Positions 1-64,000 of a stretch of DNA of 64,000 nucleotides are shown piece after piece; within the stretch, counting starts at the first letter, position 1; every line of letters starts with the position of its first letter. The stretch is taken from NCBI RefSeq assembly GCF_009914755.1, contig NC_060930.1. The stretch is one strand, 5' to 3'. The stretch comes from the human T2T-CHM13v2.0 reference genome, Homo sapiens. The notes below the pieces were generated by a model, which searched no databases, was not told where the DNA came from, and worked only from the letters and a program-made list of their open reading frames with translations. Both the position numbers and the translations under genes were made by a program.

Positions 1-864
1 GAGCAGAAAGCAGATTTATACATGAAATCACCTGCCAAACACAAGTGGTGAGCAGAAGGTTCTGTGGCAAAGCTGTGAGGCAGTCTGTGGAACAGTTTCC
101 CGAACTGGGGGAACCAGTTCTTGACCTCTACTCCAGACAGAATCATACTCTAATGCAAAATGTCAAGGGAATCCCAAGGTAATTTGAAAGATGAACAACA
201 CAGGCTATCAAGGAGATCGAAAGTTGAGCAGGCTGCAATTACAAAGTAAACAAGGACAAGGCAACAAATAGCACTATAATGACCTGTCCTGAGCCCGGGG
301 CTCAGTTATGATCAAGCTCTTATGGAACTTTATTTATTAGAGCCAAGAACACAGTTGGTCCCACAGCCATGGGCTCACACATTTCCATGGACTGGGACAA
401 CAATGACCAGGGTCAGAGCAATTCTAATGGTTCCATGTCGCCAGCAGGATCCTCAGAGAGAAAATTTAAGAATTTTTTCATCCGATTTAAAACTTGGCAG
501 AGGTGAGAGATTCATAATAGTTAAGTATTCAAAGGCAAAATATGCATTTGTCTGATGAAGACTGCCTAATCTGCTAATGAGAAATCACCATTACACATAA
601 CACTCAGTAATCAGGGCACAGAAAAGACAGAAGCAAAGAAAACCACAGAAATACTTAAGAAGCTAACAATCTCTTTTATAAGCAACACGTTCACTAAGTA
701 TAATACCTATTGTAATATTCCCTTTTAAAAATATGGCCTCTCAGGATAGACCACATTTAGCACATATGAACTAATACACACGACAGAGGGCTAAAAGTCA
801 ACTGACAAATCCCTGAGGAGAAAGTGAATGGAATAAGGAACACAGTAGCCTGTATATAACTCAC

Positions 865-49213
<48,349 letters not shown>

Positions 49214-49751
49214 CTGTCAAGAAAGAAAAATAAGATGAATTAAAAACCATTTTTCACAAGTGAAGGTAAAACCAGCTAACTGGTTAACTAACCTTCATTA
49301 CCACGCTAATAGTTTAATGGAACATGAAATTACTGCCTATTCAAATAGCCTTTAAAAAACTTACAAGATAGGTTAAATTGTCTGCCATTTAGAACAAACA
49401 ACCTATCTAGAAAATTTCATTCAACTACCAAGTGACCATTTTGGAAATGAGACTTAATGAAAACACAAAAACTGACTTGCACCCAAAATATTTAGTCAGA
49501 TATAATCAGTAATTTCTGGGAAATTCTCTCCCTCTTTCCCCTCTGCTATAGAAGGAACAAGAAGTATAAAATAGTTAAAACATGGTTTATTAAGGAAGCT
49601 AAGCAGAAATAATACTCTTCAAACACAAAAATAAATGCCTATCAAAATGTCTTCTAATCAACAAAGTTTAGATCTCATCTATTTAAGATATAAAACTAGT
49701 AAGATTTAGAGCTGTAACATAAAATCAACTTGCAGTTAAAACAAAGGTAGA

Positions 49752-49872
49752 GTGCTTGCTTCAGCAGCACATACACTAAAACCGGAGCAGGACATACGCT
49801 AAAACCGGAGCAATACAGAGAAGATTAGCATGGCCCTCACCCAAAGATGACACGCAAATTTGCAAAGTATTC
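49752..49872 (+). pseudogene. U6 snRNA retro-pseudogene with internal duplication
   Basis: GTGCTTGCTTCAGCAGCACATA...ATACAGAGAAGATTAGCATGGCCC...GATGACACGCAAATT matches U6 with substitutions; no upstream PSE/TATA recognised. Confidence 0.92.
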
Positions 49873-51462
<1,590 letters not shown>

Positions 51463-51486
51463 TCAAGTTTTGAAACAAAAATCTGC

Positions 51487-52005
51487 CTTTTTAAGAAGAT
51501 GGCACCAAAAACAAAGGAGGAAGCCCTTGCCCACCCCAAAGCCAAAGTCAAAGCAAAGGCTTTGAAAGAACAAGAAGGCAGTGCTGAAAGGCATCCACAA
51601 CCACACAAAATAAGACTTGCCACCCACCTTCCAGTGGCCTAAGACAACGCAGCTCCAAAGGCAGTTCAAATGTCCTAGGAAGAACACCCCCACAAAAAAC
51701 AAGCTTTATCATTATGCCATTATCAAGTTCCCCTTGACCACTAAGTCAGCCATGAAGAAGACACAACCACATTTGTGTTTACTATGGATGTCAAGGCCAA
51801 CCAGATCAAACAGGCTGTGAAGAAGCTCTATGACACTGGCATGGCCAAGGTAAACATACTCATCAGGTCTGATGGAGAGAAGAAGGTGTATGTTCAACTG
51901 GCTCGTAACTTAACGATGTTTTGAATGCTGCCAACACAATTGAGATGATCTAAAATGAGTCCAGCTGGCTAATTATAATTTTTTTTTACCATATTAAAAA
52001 AAAAT
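51487..52005 (+). pseudogene. RPL23AP: RPL23A processed pseudogene
   Basis: ATG at 51499 gives MAPKTKEEALAHPKAKVKAKAL; then PTFQWPKT...[47 protein letters not shown]; TAA at 51951; frameshifts, no introns, A tail, TSD-like aaaaatct(g/a)c. Confidence 0.93.
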
Positions 52006-52602
52006 CTACAAAACTGCAGTTCTTAAATGAGGTAACAGGTAAGTAAAAGGACTTGGCATATAGAAGGTTCCAAAACCACCAGGTAAGAAGTCCAACTACC
52101 TTGTTACCACCATGCTTAGATGAAGTCATCCACATGGGAGGACTACCCAGCAAGAAGTACCGAAACCAAGTATCAGGAAGAGGGAGAGATCCATGTAGGG
52201 GAGAGTATGGTAGCAGAAAAGGAGACTGATAATATGCAGAGGAACTGACTGAATAAGTTAATATATTAAAGATACCTGGAGTCAGTTTTCCACTGTCAAG
52301 AAAAAGGAGTGAAAAAATAGAAAACAAGAATGAACCCTGTACTGTTGGACTGGAATTAAAAATATCACTACGAATGAATGTCTTTTAATAAAGAAATACA
52401 AATGCAGTTCTAAATACATATATACATACTCCCTAGCTCTATCTACTAAGTGGGCCTAGGAGCAGAAAAATCCTAGTAGCAATGAGCACATCTAGCATGC
52501 AGATCTTGGCTTCTAAATACCATTCTCCACTAACAGGAACCAGGAATCCAAGTATCCTCCCACAAAATACTAATTACAAAGGGGAAACGAATGACTTTGC
52601 AG

Positions 52603-53085
52603 TGGGGTAGGCTGAATAACTGTCCCCCAAGATGTCCACATCTTAATACCTGGAACCAGTAAATATACTATCTCGAATGACAAAAGGGACTTTACAGATA
52701 TGACTAAGTTAAGGATCTTGAAATAGGGAGATTATCATAGAAGGACCATAATCACAGGGGTACTTTTAACAGGGAGGCAGAAGGGTCAAAGACAGATGGT
52801 AATGTGACAACGGAAGCAGATGCTGGACTAATGCCCTTTTTAAAGATGAAGGAAGGGCCACAAGCTAAAAAAATACAGGCTATCTACAGAAGCTGGAAAA
52901 GGCAAGAAAACAGATTCTACCCTAGAGCCTCCAGAAGGAAGTAGCCCTGCCAACATCATGACTTTGGCCCAAAGAAACTGATTTTGGACTTCTGGCCTCC
53001 AGAATTATTAAGAGAACAAATTTGTGCTGTTTTAAACCAATGAGTTTGTAGTAATTTGTTACAGCAGCAACAGGAAACAAATATA
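52603..53085 (+). mobile_element. MLT1 (MLT1D-like) MaLR LTR within an old L1M fragment
   Basis: ggtaggctgaataa...aagttaaggatcttga...gtaatttgttacagcagcaacaggaaac. Confidence 0.8.
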
Positions 53086-53356
53086 AAACACCTAAACAGA
53101 CACCACCTCAATCAAGTGATCGGTGAGCATCGCCAGAAAAAAAGACAACCTAAAATCATATGCCACCTGACAGCATACAAGAACACAGAATCAGTTTTGT
53201 GAAATTCCTGCCCAAGATACACAACCTGACTCTAATAATGAGAAAACACTGTACAACCCAAATTCAAATCCATTTTACTAAATAACTGGTCTCTAATCTT
53301 TAAAGCAGAGGGAAAAGTGAATAACTACTTCAGACTAAAGGAGACTAAAGAAACAC

Positions 53357-55544
53357 CTGCCTCTGCCTCTGCCCCTGCCCCTGCCCCTGCCCCTGCCCCT
53401 GCCTCTCCCTCTCCCCACGGCCCACGGTCTCCCTCTCCCTCTCTTTCCACGGTCTCCCTCTGATGCCTAGCCGAAGCTGGACTGTACTGCTGCCATCTTG
53501 GCTCACTGCAACCTCCCTGCCTGATTCTCCTGCCTCAGCCTGCCGAGTGCCTGCGATTGCAGGCGCGCGCCGCCACGCCTGACTGGTTTTCGTACTTTTT
53601 TGGTGGAGACGGGGTTTCGCTGTGTTGGCCGGGCTGGTCTCCAGCTCCTAACCGCGAGTGATCCGCCAGCCTCGGCCTCCCGAGGTGCCGGGTTTGCAGA
53701 CGGAGTCTGGTTCACTCAGTGCTCAATGGTGCCCAGGCTGGAGTGCAGTGGCGTGATCTTGGCTCGCTACAACCTCCACCTCCCAGCCGCCTGCCTTGGC
53801 CTCCCAAAGTGCCGAGATTGCAGCCTCTGCCCCGCCGCCACCCCGTCTGGGAAGTGAGGAGCGTCTCTGCCTGGCCACCCATCGTCTGGGACGTGAGGAG
53901 CCCCTCTGCCTGGCTGCCCAGTCTGGAAAGTGAGGAGCGCCTCTTCCCAGCCGCCATCCCGTCTAGGAAGTGAGGAGCGTCTCTGCCCGGCCGCCATCCC
54001 ATCTAGGAAGTGAGGAGCGCCTCTTCCCGGCCGTCATCCCATCTAGGAAGTGAGGAGCGTCTCTGCCCGGCCGCCCATCGCCTGAGATGTGGGAAGCGTC
54101 TGTGCCCCGCGGCCCCGTCTGGGATGTGAGAGTGCCCGGCCGCGACCCCGTCTGGGAGGTGAGGAGCGTCTCTGCCCGGCCGCTCCATCTGAGAAGTGAG
54201 GAGACCCTCCGCCTGGCAACCGCCCCGTCTGAGAAGTGAGGAGCCCCTCCGCCCGGCAGCCGCCCCGTCTGAGAAGTGAGGAGCCCCTACGCCTGGCAGC
54301 CACCCCGTCTGGGAAGTGAGGAGCGTCTCCGCCCGGCAGCCACCCCGTCCGGGAGGGAGGTGGGGGTCAGCCCCCCGCCAGGCCAGCCACCCCGTCCAGG
54401 AGGGAGGTGGGGGGGTCAGCCCCCTGCCCGGCCAGCCGCCCCGTCCGGCAGGGAGGTGGGGGGGGTCAGCCCCCCGCCCGGCCAGCCACCCCGTCCGGGA
54501 GGTGAGGGGCGCCTCTGCCCAGCCGCCCCTACTGGGAAGTGAGGAGCCCCTCTGCCTGGCCAGCTGCCCCGTCCGGGAGGGAGGTGGGGGGGTCAGCCCC
54601 CCGCCCAGCCAGCTGCCCCGTCCGGGAGGGAGGTGGGGGTCAGCCCCCCGCCAGGCCAGCCACCCCGTCCAGGAGGGAGGTGGGGGGGTCAGCCCCCTGC
54701 CCGGCCAGCCGCCCCGTCCGGCAGGGAGGTGGGGGGGTCAGCCCCCCGCCCGGCCAGCCACCCCGTCCGGGAGGTGAGGGGCGCCTCTGCCCAGCCGCCC
54801 CTACTGGGAAGTGAGGAGCCCCTCTGCCTGGCCAGCTGCCCCGTCCGGGAGGGAGGTGGGGGGGTCAGCCCCCCACCCAGCCAGCTGCCCCGTCCGGGAG
54901 GGAGGTGGGGGGGTCAGCCCCCCGCCCGGCCAGCCGCCCGTCTGGGAGATGAGGGGCGCCTCTGCCCGGCCGCCCCTACTGGGAAGTGAGGAGCCCCTCT
55001 GCCCGGCCACCACCCCGTCTGGGAGGTGTGCCCAACAGCTCACTGAGAACGGGCCGGGATGACAATGGCGGTTTTGTGGAATAGAAAGGGGGGAAAGGTG
55101 GGGAAAAGATTGGGAAATCGGATGGTTGCCGTGTCTGTGTAGAAAGAAGTAGACATGGGAGACTTTTCATTTTGTTCTGTACTAAGAAAAATTCTTCTGC
55201 CTTGGGATCCTGTTGATCGGTGACCTTACCCCCAACCCTGTGCTCTCTGAAACATGTGCTGTGTCCACTCAGGGTTAAATGGATTAAGGGTGGTGCAAGA
55301 TGTGCTTTGTTAAACAGATGCTTGAAGGCAGCATGCTCGTTAAGAGTCATCACACTCCCTAATCTCAAGTACCCAGGGACACAAACACTGCGGAAGGCCG
55401 CAGGGTCCTCTGCCTAGGAAAACCAGAGACCTTTGTTCACTTGTTTATCTGCTGACCTTCCCTCCACTATTGTCCTATGACCCTGCCAACTCCCCCTCTG
55501 CGAGAAACACCCAAGAATGATCAATTAAAAAAAATAAAATAAAA
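53357..55544 (+). mobile_element. Full-length SVA retrotransposon (SVA_D-like), antisense to SEC63
   Basis: Hexamer 53357-53415, Alu-like domain, GC-rich VNTR ~53830-55030, SINE-R, A-rich tail; 11-bp TSD TAAAGAAACAC at 53346-53356 and 55545-55555. Confidence 0.97.
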
Positions 55545-56589
55545 TAAAGAAACACATCAATTAAATGTTATGTGATTCTAAATTGGATATTTTGCTATAA
55601 AGAACATCACTGAGAAAGTGACAAAACCCAAATGGAGTCAGACGATGAGATGGCGGTAATGTTAATTTTCTGATTTTCATGGTTTAGAGAACACTTTTGA
55701 AAATACCACTAGTGATTTTTAAATATGTATTTTATTAAATTAAGCCTCTACAGTATCCCACTTTCAAGTATAAAATCAAGGAAACATTTGATGAGGTTTT
55801 ATAAGAACAATGCTGAAGTCTCTTTATGAAGCAGGCAGTTTGATCTATTCAAAGGTATGATGTTCTACTGTTCCTGGCCAAGAGAAAGTACATATGGTTT
55901 TCAGCCCCTTATTCTTGGGGGCCACACAATGTGTGCATGGACCTTGTATGCCCCACTCTTCCAACCTAAAAATTAAATCTTAACCTTTTAGGAGACTATT
56001 TCAATCAATCAGTAAGTACCACAGGCCACAGTTTACACATTAACATAGTAGCAGTTAGATTTCCAGCAAAACTAAATATTCGTGGTACACATTCAAAATC
56101 TCTGTATGAATGACCTCAAGTCAAAGTAACTATTATGAGTCAAGTTCTTCCAGACAGTTTTTTAATAAGACACTTAACAGAATAAAATGAAGTTCACTTA
56201 TAAACTTCTTGCTTATTGAATTACTATTTTCATGGGCACTAAAAATTATGTTAGGAGTATCCTTAACTTGTATTATTTTTAAAGAAATTATCCACATTTA
56301 TAGAAACAGGAAATCCTAAGATCATAAAACAATATAAATAATGTGTCATAATTGCTGTCAGCAGCCGAACTTTATATAGTAAAGCTGCAGGGATAATCTA
56401 GATTTGGGTTATGGCTGTGCTTCATAAACCACATAGTGCCTTTGCTAAAACAGTCACTCTGTCCATGCTGCATGATCTGCCAGTCAGTAGTATTACTGAG
56501 TGAACTCTTAGCACCATAATCATAGAACCCAAAGAGGTGAAGGAACGTTAGCCAGATCTAAAGTCTTCAAACCTGTTTGCCTGCTTACC

Positions 56590-57800
<1,211 letters not shown>

Positions 57801-57976
57801 GTAAAGCTGATATTTTAAAATAATTCCATCTCTTTTAAATGCATCCAAAGAAAGCTAAAAACCACAGCAATTTCATACCCATCATCATCCATTTACAAAA
57901 ATTTATGAAAAGTCCTTCATTCTACTTCTCCCACATAATATTATCCTAATTTAATATATTTCATCCTGGTGAGTTA

Positions 57977-58585
<609 letters not shown>

Positions 58586-58729
58586 CTAGTCCTAGTAAAT
58601 CCTTTCTTATAATACCGAAATATGCTTCTTAAAATTATTTTTTTAATTCCCTGTGACTATAAAGTTTTTCCCAATTTTTTTGTTTTGAAAATATTCAAGT
58701 CATCATAAAAGTTGAAAGAATATTACAAT

Positions 58730-59510
58730 GGCCGGGCACAGTAGCTCATGCCTTTAATCTCAGCACTTTAGGAGGCTGAGGCAGGAGGATCACTTGAGCT
58801 CAGGGGTGCAAGTCTAGCCTGGGCAACACAGGGAGACCTTGTCCCTACAGAAACTTTAAAAATTACCTGGGAGTGGTGGTACACACCTACAGTCCCAGGT
58901 ATTCAGGAGGCTGAGGCAGGAGGATCACCGGAGCCCAGCAGTTCGAGGCTGTAGTGAGCCATGATCACATCACTGCAGTTCAGCCTGGCAATGGCATGAG
59001 ACGGTGTCTCAAAGAAAAAAAAACAACTAAAACTTATTTTTGAAAACAAAAAGTACACTTCTGCCAGTATGGCTCAATCTTTTCCAAAACAGCTTTACCT
59101 AAAGCTGCAGATTAGCTTATTCGATGTATAGAAAACATATACCATGTAACCTAATTGGCAAAGGCAGTTTTCATTATTAAACTAACCAACCAAATTGAAC
59201 TATCAAAAAAAGGCTCATGCCTGTAATCCCAGCACTTTGGGAGGCCGAGGCAGACGGATCGCGTGAGGTCAGGAGTTCAAGACCAGCCTGGCCAACATGG
59301 CAAAACCCCATCTCTACTAAAAATACAAAAATTAGACAGGTGTGGGTGGTGAGCACCTGTTACTGGGGATGCTGAAGCAGGAGAACCCTAGGAGGCAGAG
59401 GCTGCAGTGAGCCAAGATCACGCCACTGCACTCCAGCCCGGGTGAAAGTACGAGATTGTCTCAAAAACTAAAAAATAGTTAAAAATAAAAATAATTTAAA
59501 AAAAAAAATT
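58730..59510 (+). mobile_element. Two Alus (~58730-59023 and ~59212-59510)
   Basis: Alu consensus matches. Confidence 0.88.
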
Positions 59511-60138
59511 TTTAAAAACAATCTTTCCTTTAACCGTGGTTTGTTTGCCAGAATGTTTCAGAATATAAAAGGCATGAAAATAACTTGGAAGTGAAAAATT
59601 GGGAAACACTGCTCTAGACGACCAAAAATAAAAGTCATCCAGTAATCTTAATCATTATGCTCTTAACTTGAATCTGAATAGTTAGCCATATGTCTCATTC
59701 CCAAGGCCAGTTCAGAACTATTTGGATTTGGAATATAGGCTTCATAAGATTACATATTGTTCACCATCACCACCACCCAGGATACACAATCACAGATTAC
59801 CTAAATCAGAAGGGTTACAGAAACGTGGGTCCTACTTACACCTATCCACTACACATACTCTGGCAATGGAGGAGGGAACCTAGAAGGCAACTGAAAATGT
59901 TCTTGAACTAAAAAAAAAAACAAACACTGGATCACAGCAGAACCACCCCTCTACCACCAAAGTTCACAATTCTCAGGAATGCCTGAACAATCTAAGTGCA
60001 AACCAATACAAACCAAGTAGTTCAAATAAATCAAGAGCTTTGTCTTCCTTAAGCAGGTACTTGACAGCAGCATACAATTATATCATATATTATCTCTTTT
60101 TCTTTTCCTTTTATGGTACTGAAATAAGTACTACAGAG

Positions 60139-60330
60139 CAGGGCTTTTCAACATCAGCACTACTGACATTTTGGACTATACAATTCTTATAATTCAATGT
60201 TTCTGTGCATTTTAGGATGTTTAGCAGCATCGTGATCTCTACCCACTAGATGCCAGGAACAGCTCCCCAGTGGAGACCAAAAAAAATCTTCAGAAATTCA
60301 CAAATGTCCTCTGGGACACAAAATTGCCCG
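60139..60330 (+). mobile_element. MER20 DNA transposon
   Basis: cactactgacattttgg...ggatgtttagcagcatc...ctctacccactagatgcca. Confidence 0.8.
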
Positions 60331-60982
60331 ATTTAAAGTGCGCGCACACATACACATACACAGGCACACACACACAGCTACAGACGGTACATGAAAAGCA
60401 AGTTAAACGATATGACCTACATATCAGGAACACAGGGAAAAGAAAGATAGGAAAAGTTGGCAGAATAAATGGATGAAAACGCAACAATTGTCTTTTCCCA
60501 TTCCCTTAAAAGTATTCTTAAAAAAAAAAAAAAAGACTCGCTGCAGTATCTTTGAGTACTTACCTGGGACGCGGGGAGGGAAGAAGGGAGAGGAGGACCT
60601 GGGAAGCTTCATTATTAATTTACTAACCACCCTGTTAGCTCTGTCCTCCTATTTTTCTTTTAGTCTTAATCTTATAGTGATAATCCATAGCCTAAGTAAA
60701 AGGTTAACCAAAAACAGGTAAAACAAAGAGAAAGTGGAGGAGAAACTCAAGTACTAGGAAAGTAAATAAATGCTAGCTAAGAAGGAAAGGCAACTTAACA
60801 TACAAGGATGTATGTCCCACCAGAACTTTAAACACCACATACCCCAAAGTAGTAACAATTCATTGAGCTGAAAGGGCCTCTGGAGGTAAGTGCAGAGTGT
60901 GTCTTGCTCAAGATCGCAATGCTAGCCAGAGATTGTTTTAATAAGATTTTGGGTGTTAATACAAATTCATAAAGAAAATTTG

Positions 60983-61262
60983 AGCCTGGGCAACATAGCA
61001 AGACCTCATCACTACAAAAAAAATTAAAAATTAGCCGGGTGTGGTGGCACACACACCCATAGTCCAGCTACCCACACACACCCATAGTCCAGCTACATAG
61101 TCCTACTACTTAGAAGCTTCCTCAAGAAGGCAGAGGAATCAGCTCCTTGAGCCCAGGAGATCCAGGCTGCAATGAGCCATGACTGTGCCACTATCCACAG
61201 CCTTGGGAAACAGAGTGAGACCGTGTCTCAAAAAAAAAAAAGGAAGAAGGAAAAAGAAAGAA
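60983..61262 (+). mobile_element. Partial AluJ with internal duplications
   Basis: Alu match with repeated cacacacccatagtccagcta. Confidence 0.8.
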
Positions 61263-62319
61263 AATTTGGCATACAGTGGAAGAAAAAAATCCACCAATCC
61301 AACACCCAGATAGTAATCATTAATACCATTGTAGTATCCTTTTTAGTTCTATTTAGGAAAATATCTGGAAAAGCAAAGGAGACAGGAGAGTTGGCGAGGT
61401 TGAACGTACACCCTCAGAAGAGAAACAGCTCTGTGAAGAAGGAAGCTCCAGCAACTGACTTCCCAAGGAATGAGCTTCACTCAATTAGAGGGCTGCCCTG
61501 CTGCTTCAATCAGGGCCTGTAAGGGCCCTTTTGCAGTGTTGACGATACCTGGTGCTTATCTCCACTGCAGCAGCTGCCCAAGTGAGCTTCTCAAAGAGAA
61601 AAACGGGACACATAAAAGCCCACTTAAGGATAGCATTTCTATGATGTATCAGTGTACAAATTGAAAGAGACAAAAATAAAAAACTGAAGTTTGTGTTAAG
61701 GTCGCATTAGCAGTAATTTTTAATTTTTAAAATTTCTAAACATTTCCCCGTGTTTAGATCATTATAAACATCACTTAATGACTACTAATAACCAAATGAA
61801 TAAAGGTACCACAATATACCTACCATTCTATAATTAGATATATAAAATGTTTCTAATTTCTTGGTATTGTGGATCTCTTTGGTCCTGTAAGTATTCAGAA
61901 CACTCTATCCTTAGAACACAGCCCCAGAAGTATAATTACTAGGTTTAAGAGCTTTAACACTTTTACAACTCCTTTCTAAAAAAGCCAGGACTATACATCC
62001 TTTTCAGCAGTTTCCCCGTTGGCACCACCATTCTTCAGCAGCCAGTATTAAAGCCGATTTGATTCCTCTGTACTGAAGTTCAAGGGCAGAGACTGTATCT
62101 TACCCACAGTGTTCACCCCTCCTCTTTCCAGTTCCCTGGAATAGAGGAGGCACTATATAAATATTTCTTGAGAATGATGAACTCCTTTATTTAACAAATA
62201 TTTGGTGAATATCCACTACGTACCCGGACTTTTCTGGACACTGAGGATATAGAAAAAAAACAAAACAAAAAACCCTGCTCTCAAAGACCATAGCAATAAA
62301 CAAAGTAAATTATATAGTA

Positions 62320-63300
62320 CAGTTAACCCTTGAACAACGTTGGGGTTAGGGGCCCTGTCCCCACCCCCTGTGCAGTCACAAATCTGCATATAACTTTTGG
62401 CTCCCCCAAAACTTAACTACTAATAGCCTACCGTTGACTGGAAGCCTTATGGATAACATAAACAGTTGATTAACACATATTTTGTGTATGTATTATATAC
62501 TGCATGCTTACAATAAAGCTAGAAAAAAGACAATGTTAAGAAAATCATAAGGAAGAGAAAATATATTTACAGTACTGTTATTAATACCTTAAGTTTATGT
62601 CACCTGTTTACAAGTTGCAGACCTCAATCTACAGTATATATCAAGCAATTCAACTTTTTCTGGTATTATCATGACTTTTTTCTTCTTCGGAGCACTTAGA
62701 GCATCACTAGTGGCACTCTGTATGAGTCCCATGGTGTTGCAAGGTTTATGGTATCACACTGAATACAAAGAAAAATACAAGAGAACCTCAAGAGATCACT
62801 TTCTATGGTGATATGGAATTTACCGAAGAGACAAACTGCTCACGCAGAGATGATTAGCGTCACACGATGTTTTAAGCAGACACTTGCAACACCTGAGCTC
62901 ACTGCAATAGCAAAGAAGATGGCTATAAAATTATTACAGTAGTATACACTAGTTAACTTTACACAGTTATGATTTAATACTACATTTCTCTCAACTGCAA
63001 ATGGCTCCATGTCCTGTCTATAGTGTTTGTGTGAATAAGTTTTGATAAATTTTACCTTTTACAATAGATATGTGTTTCTTTTATGGTAGCAAATGATAAA
63101 GCTGACTAGTATCTACATACATTTTATGCATTTATAACATACCTTTTTCTTAATTTCTTTTTGATATTTCTAGGCTACAGTTCTTCTGCAAAACATTTTC
63201 AAACTGTTACAAGTCTCCAAAAAGTTTTCCAATATATTTACTGAAAAAAATCCACGTATAAGTGGACCTACATAGTTCAAACCCATGTTGTTGAAGGGTT
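62320..63300 (+). mobile_element. Tigger2-family DNA transposon (Tigger2b-like)
   Basis: TA-CAGTTAACCCTTGAACAAC 5' TIR; 3' end gttcaaacccatgttgttgaagggt; ~980 bp. Confidence 0.85.
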
Positions 63301-63339
63301 CTTTTGAGAGAAAATTAGTAAGGTAGGGGTAAGAAACAC

Positions 63340-63870
63340 TACAATTTAAAATAGGAAGCTCAGGGAAGATGGCATCTGAGCAAAGACAACAGAGATGAGG
63401 GAAGAGGTAATGTGACTATCTAGAGGAAAAGTATTCCAGGCAAAGGGAGCAGCAACCAGTAAAAGACTGAAAGAGTGTGTTTCACTGTGTTCAAAAGTGC
63501 AGTGAAGCACGTATGGCTGGAATGGAAACAGCAAAGTGATCAAAGAGACCACGAAGGACTTTACAGGATACTCGCTAAGACTTGAGCTTCTAGTCAGATT
63601 GAGACAGATCCCTGAAGAGTTCTGAGCAGAACTGTATGAGCTGACTTCTGTTATAAAGGATCCTTGCTAATATTCTGAGAAAAGACTACACTCAGCCAGG
63701 GTAGAAACAGACTAGTTAGGAAGCTAATGATAATCTAGGCAATAAACCAGGACAGTGGTGTTGGTGGAGTGATGAGAAATGGTCGGACACGATGTATTTC
63801 AAAGGTAGAGCCAAAAGAACATACTAGTAGTCTGAAAGTGGAGTATGAGAAAGAGATGAATCAAGAGTAA
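63340..63870 (+). mobile_element. L2 fragment
   Basis: Degenerate L2 3' motifs (attccaggcaaagggagcagc, gagaaatggtcgga). Confidence 0.55.
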
Positions 63871-64000
63871 CTTCTAATCCAGTCCACCAGAGCTTAAAGG
63901 TAAAAATGTAAATAAAAAATAAAGAATGACTCCCAAGACTTCTTTCCTGAACAGCTGAAAAGACAGTTGTGATTAATTGAGATAAAGGTTATGGGTCAAG

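Noticed and set aside
289-305. Palindrome CTGAGCCC-G-GGGCTCAG
   Set aside because: A single 8-bp-arm palindrome is expected by chance in 64 kb, and there is no supporting context.
51499-51953. RPL23A copy as a functional retrogene
   Set aside because: Multiple frameshifts, deletions and an internal stop.
53503-55417. Many overlapping Pro/Gly/Arg-rich ORFs, and a CRISPR-like repeat appearance
   Set aside because: This is the GC-rich SVA VNTR with few stop codons. The units are tandem with no unique spacers, and the context is eukaryotic.

Overview
This is eukaryotic (human or great-ape) genomic DNA covering most of SEC63, the ER translocon J-domain co-chaperone, on the minus strand. I mapped 17 consecutive coding exons by hand, corresponding to exons 2-18 of the recalled human gene (865..49213). 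All have GT-AG boundaries and compatible phases, and they join into one uninterrupted frame matching the human SEC63 protein as I recall it. Exon 1 lies beyond the right edge and the last exons beyond the left edge. The introns are dense with repeats: about 45 Alu/FLAM copies, a three-layer nested L1 in intron 16, a near-full-length Tigger1 with a nested MER9 LTR, a full-length SVA, MSTA/MLT1 LTRs, MER2/MER20/Tigger2 DNA transposons, and RPL23A and U6 retro-pseudogenes. Almost all ORFs in the supplied track are repeat-derived. I found no novel multi-gene system. The best leads are at the RNA level: a candidate poison exon or recursive splice site in intron 1, a candidate 34-nt poison exon in intron 14, a ~690-bp L1/L1 inverted repeat, and an SVA with a variant G4-forming hexamer. 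Repeat subfamily names come from recalled consensus sequences, and repeat boundaries are approximate.
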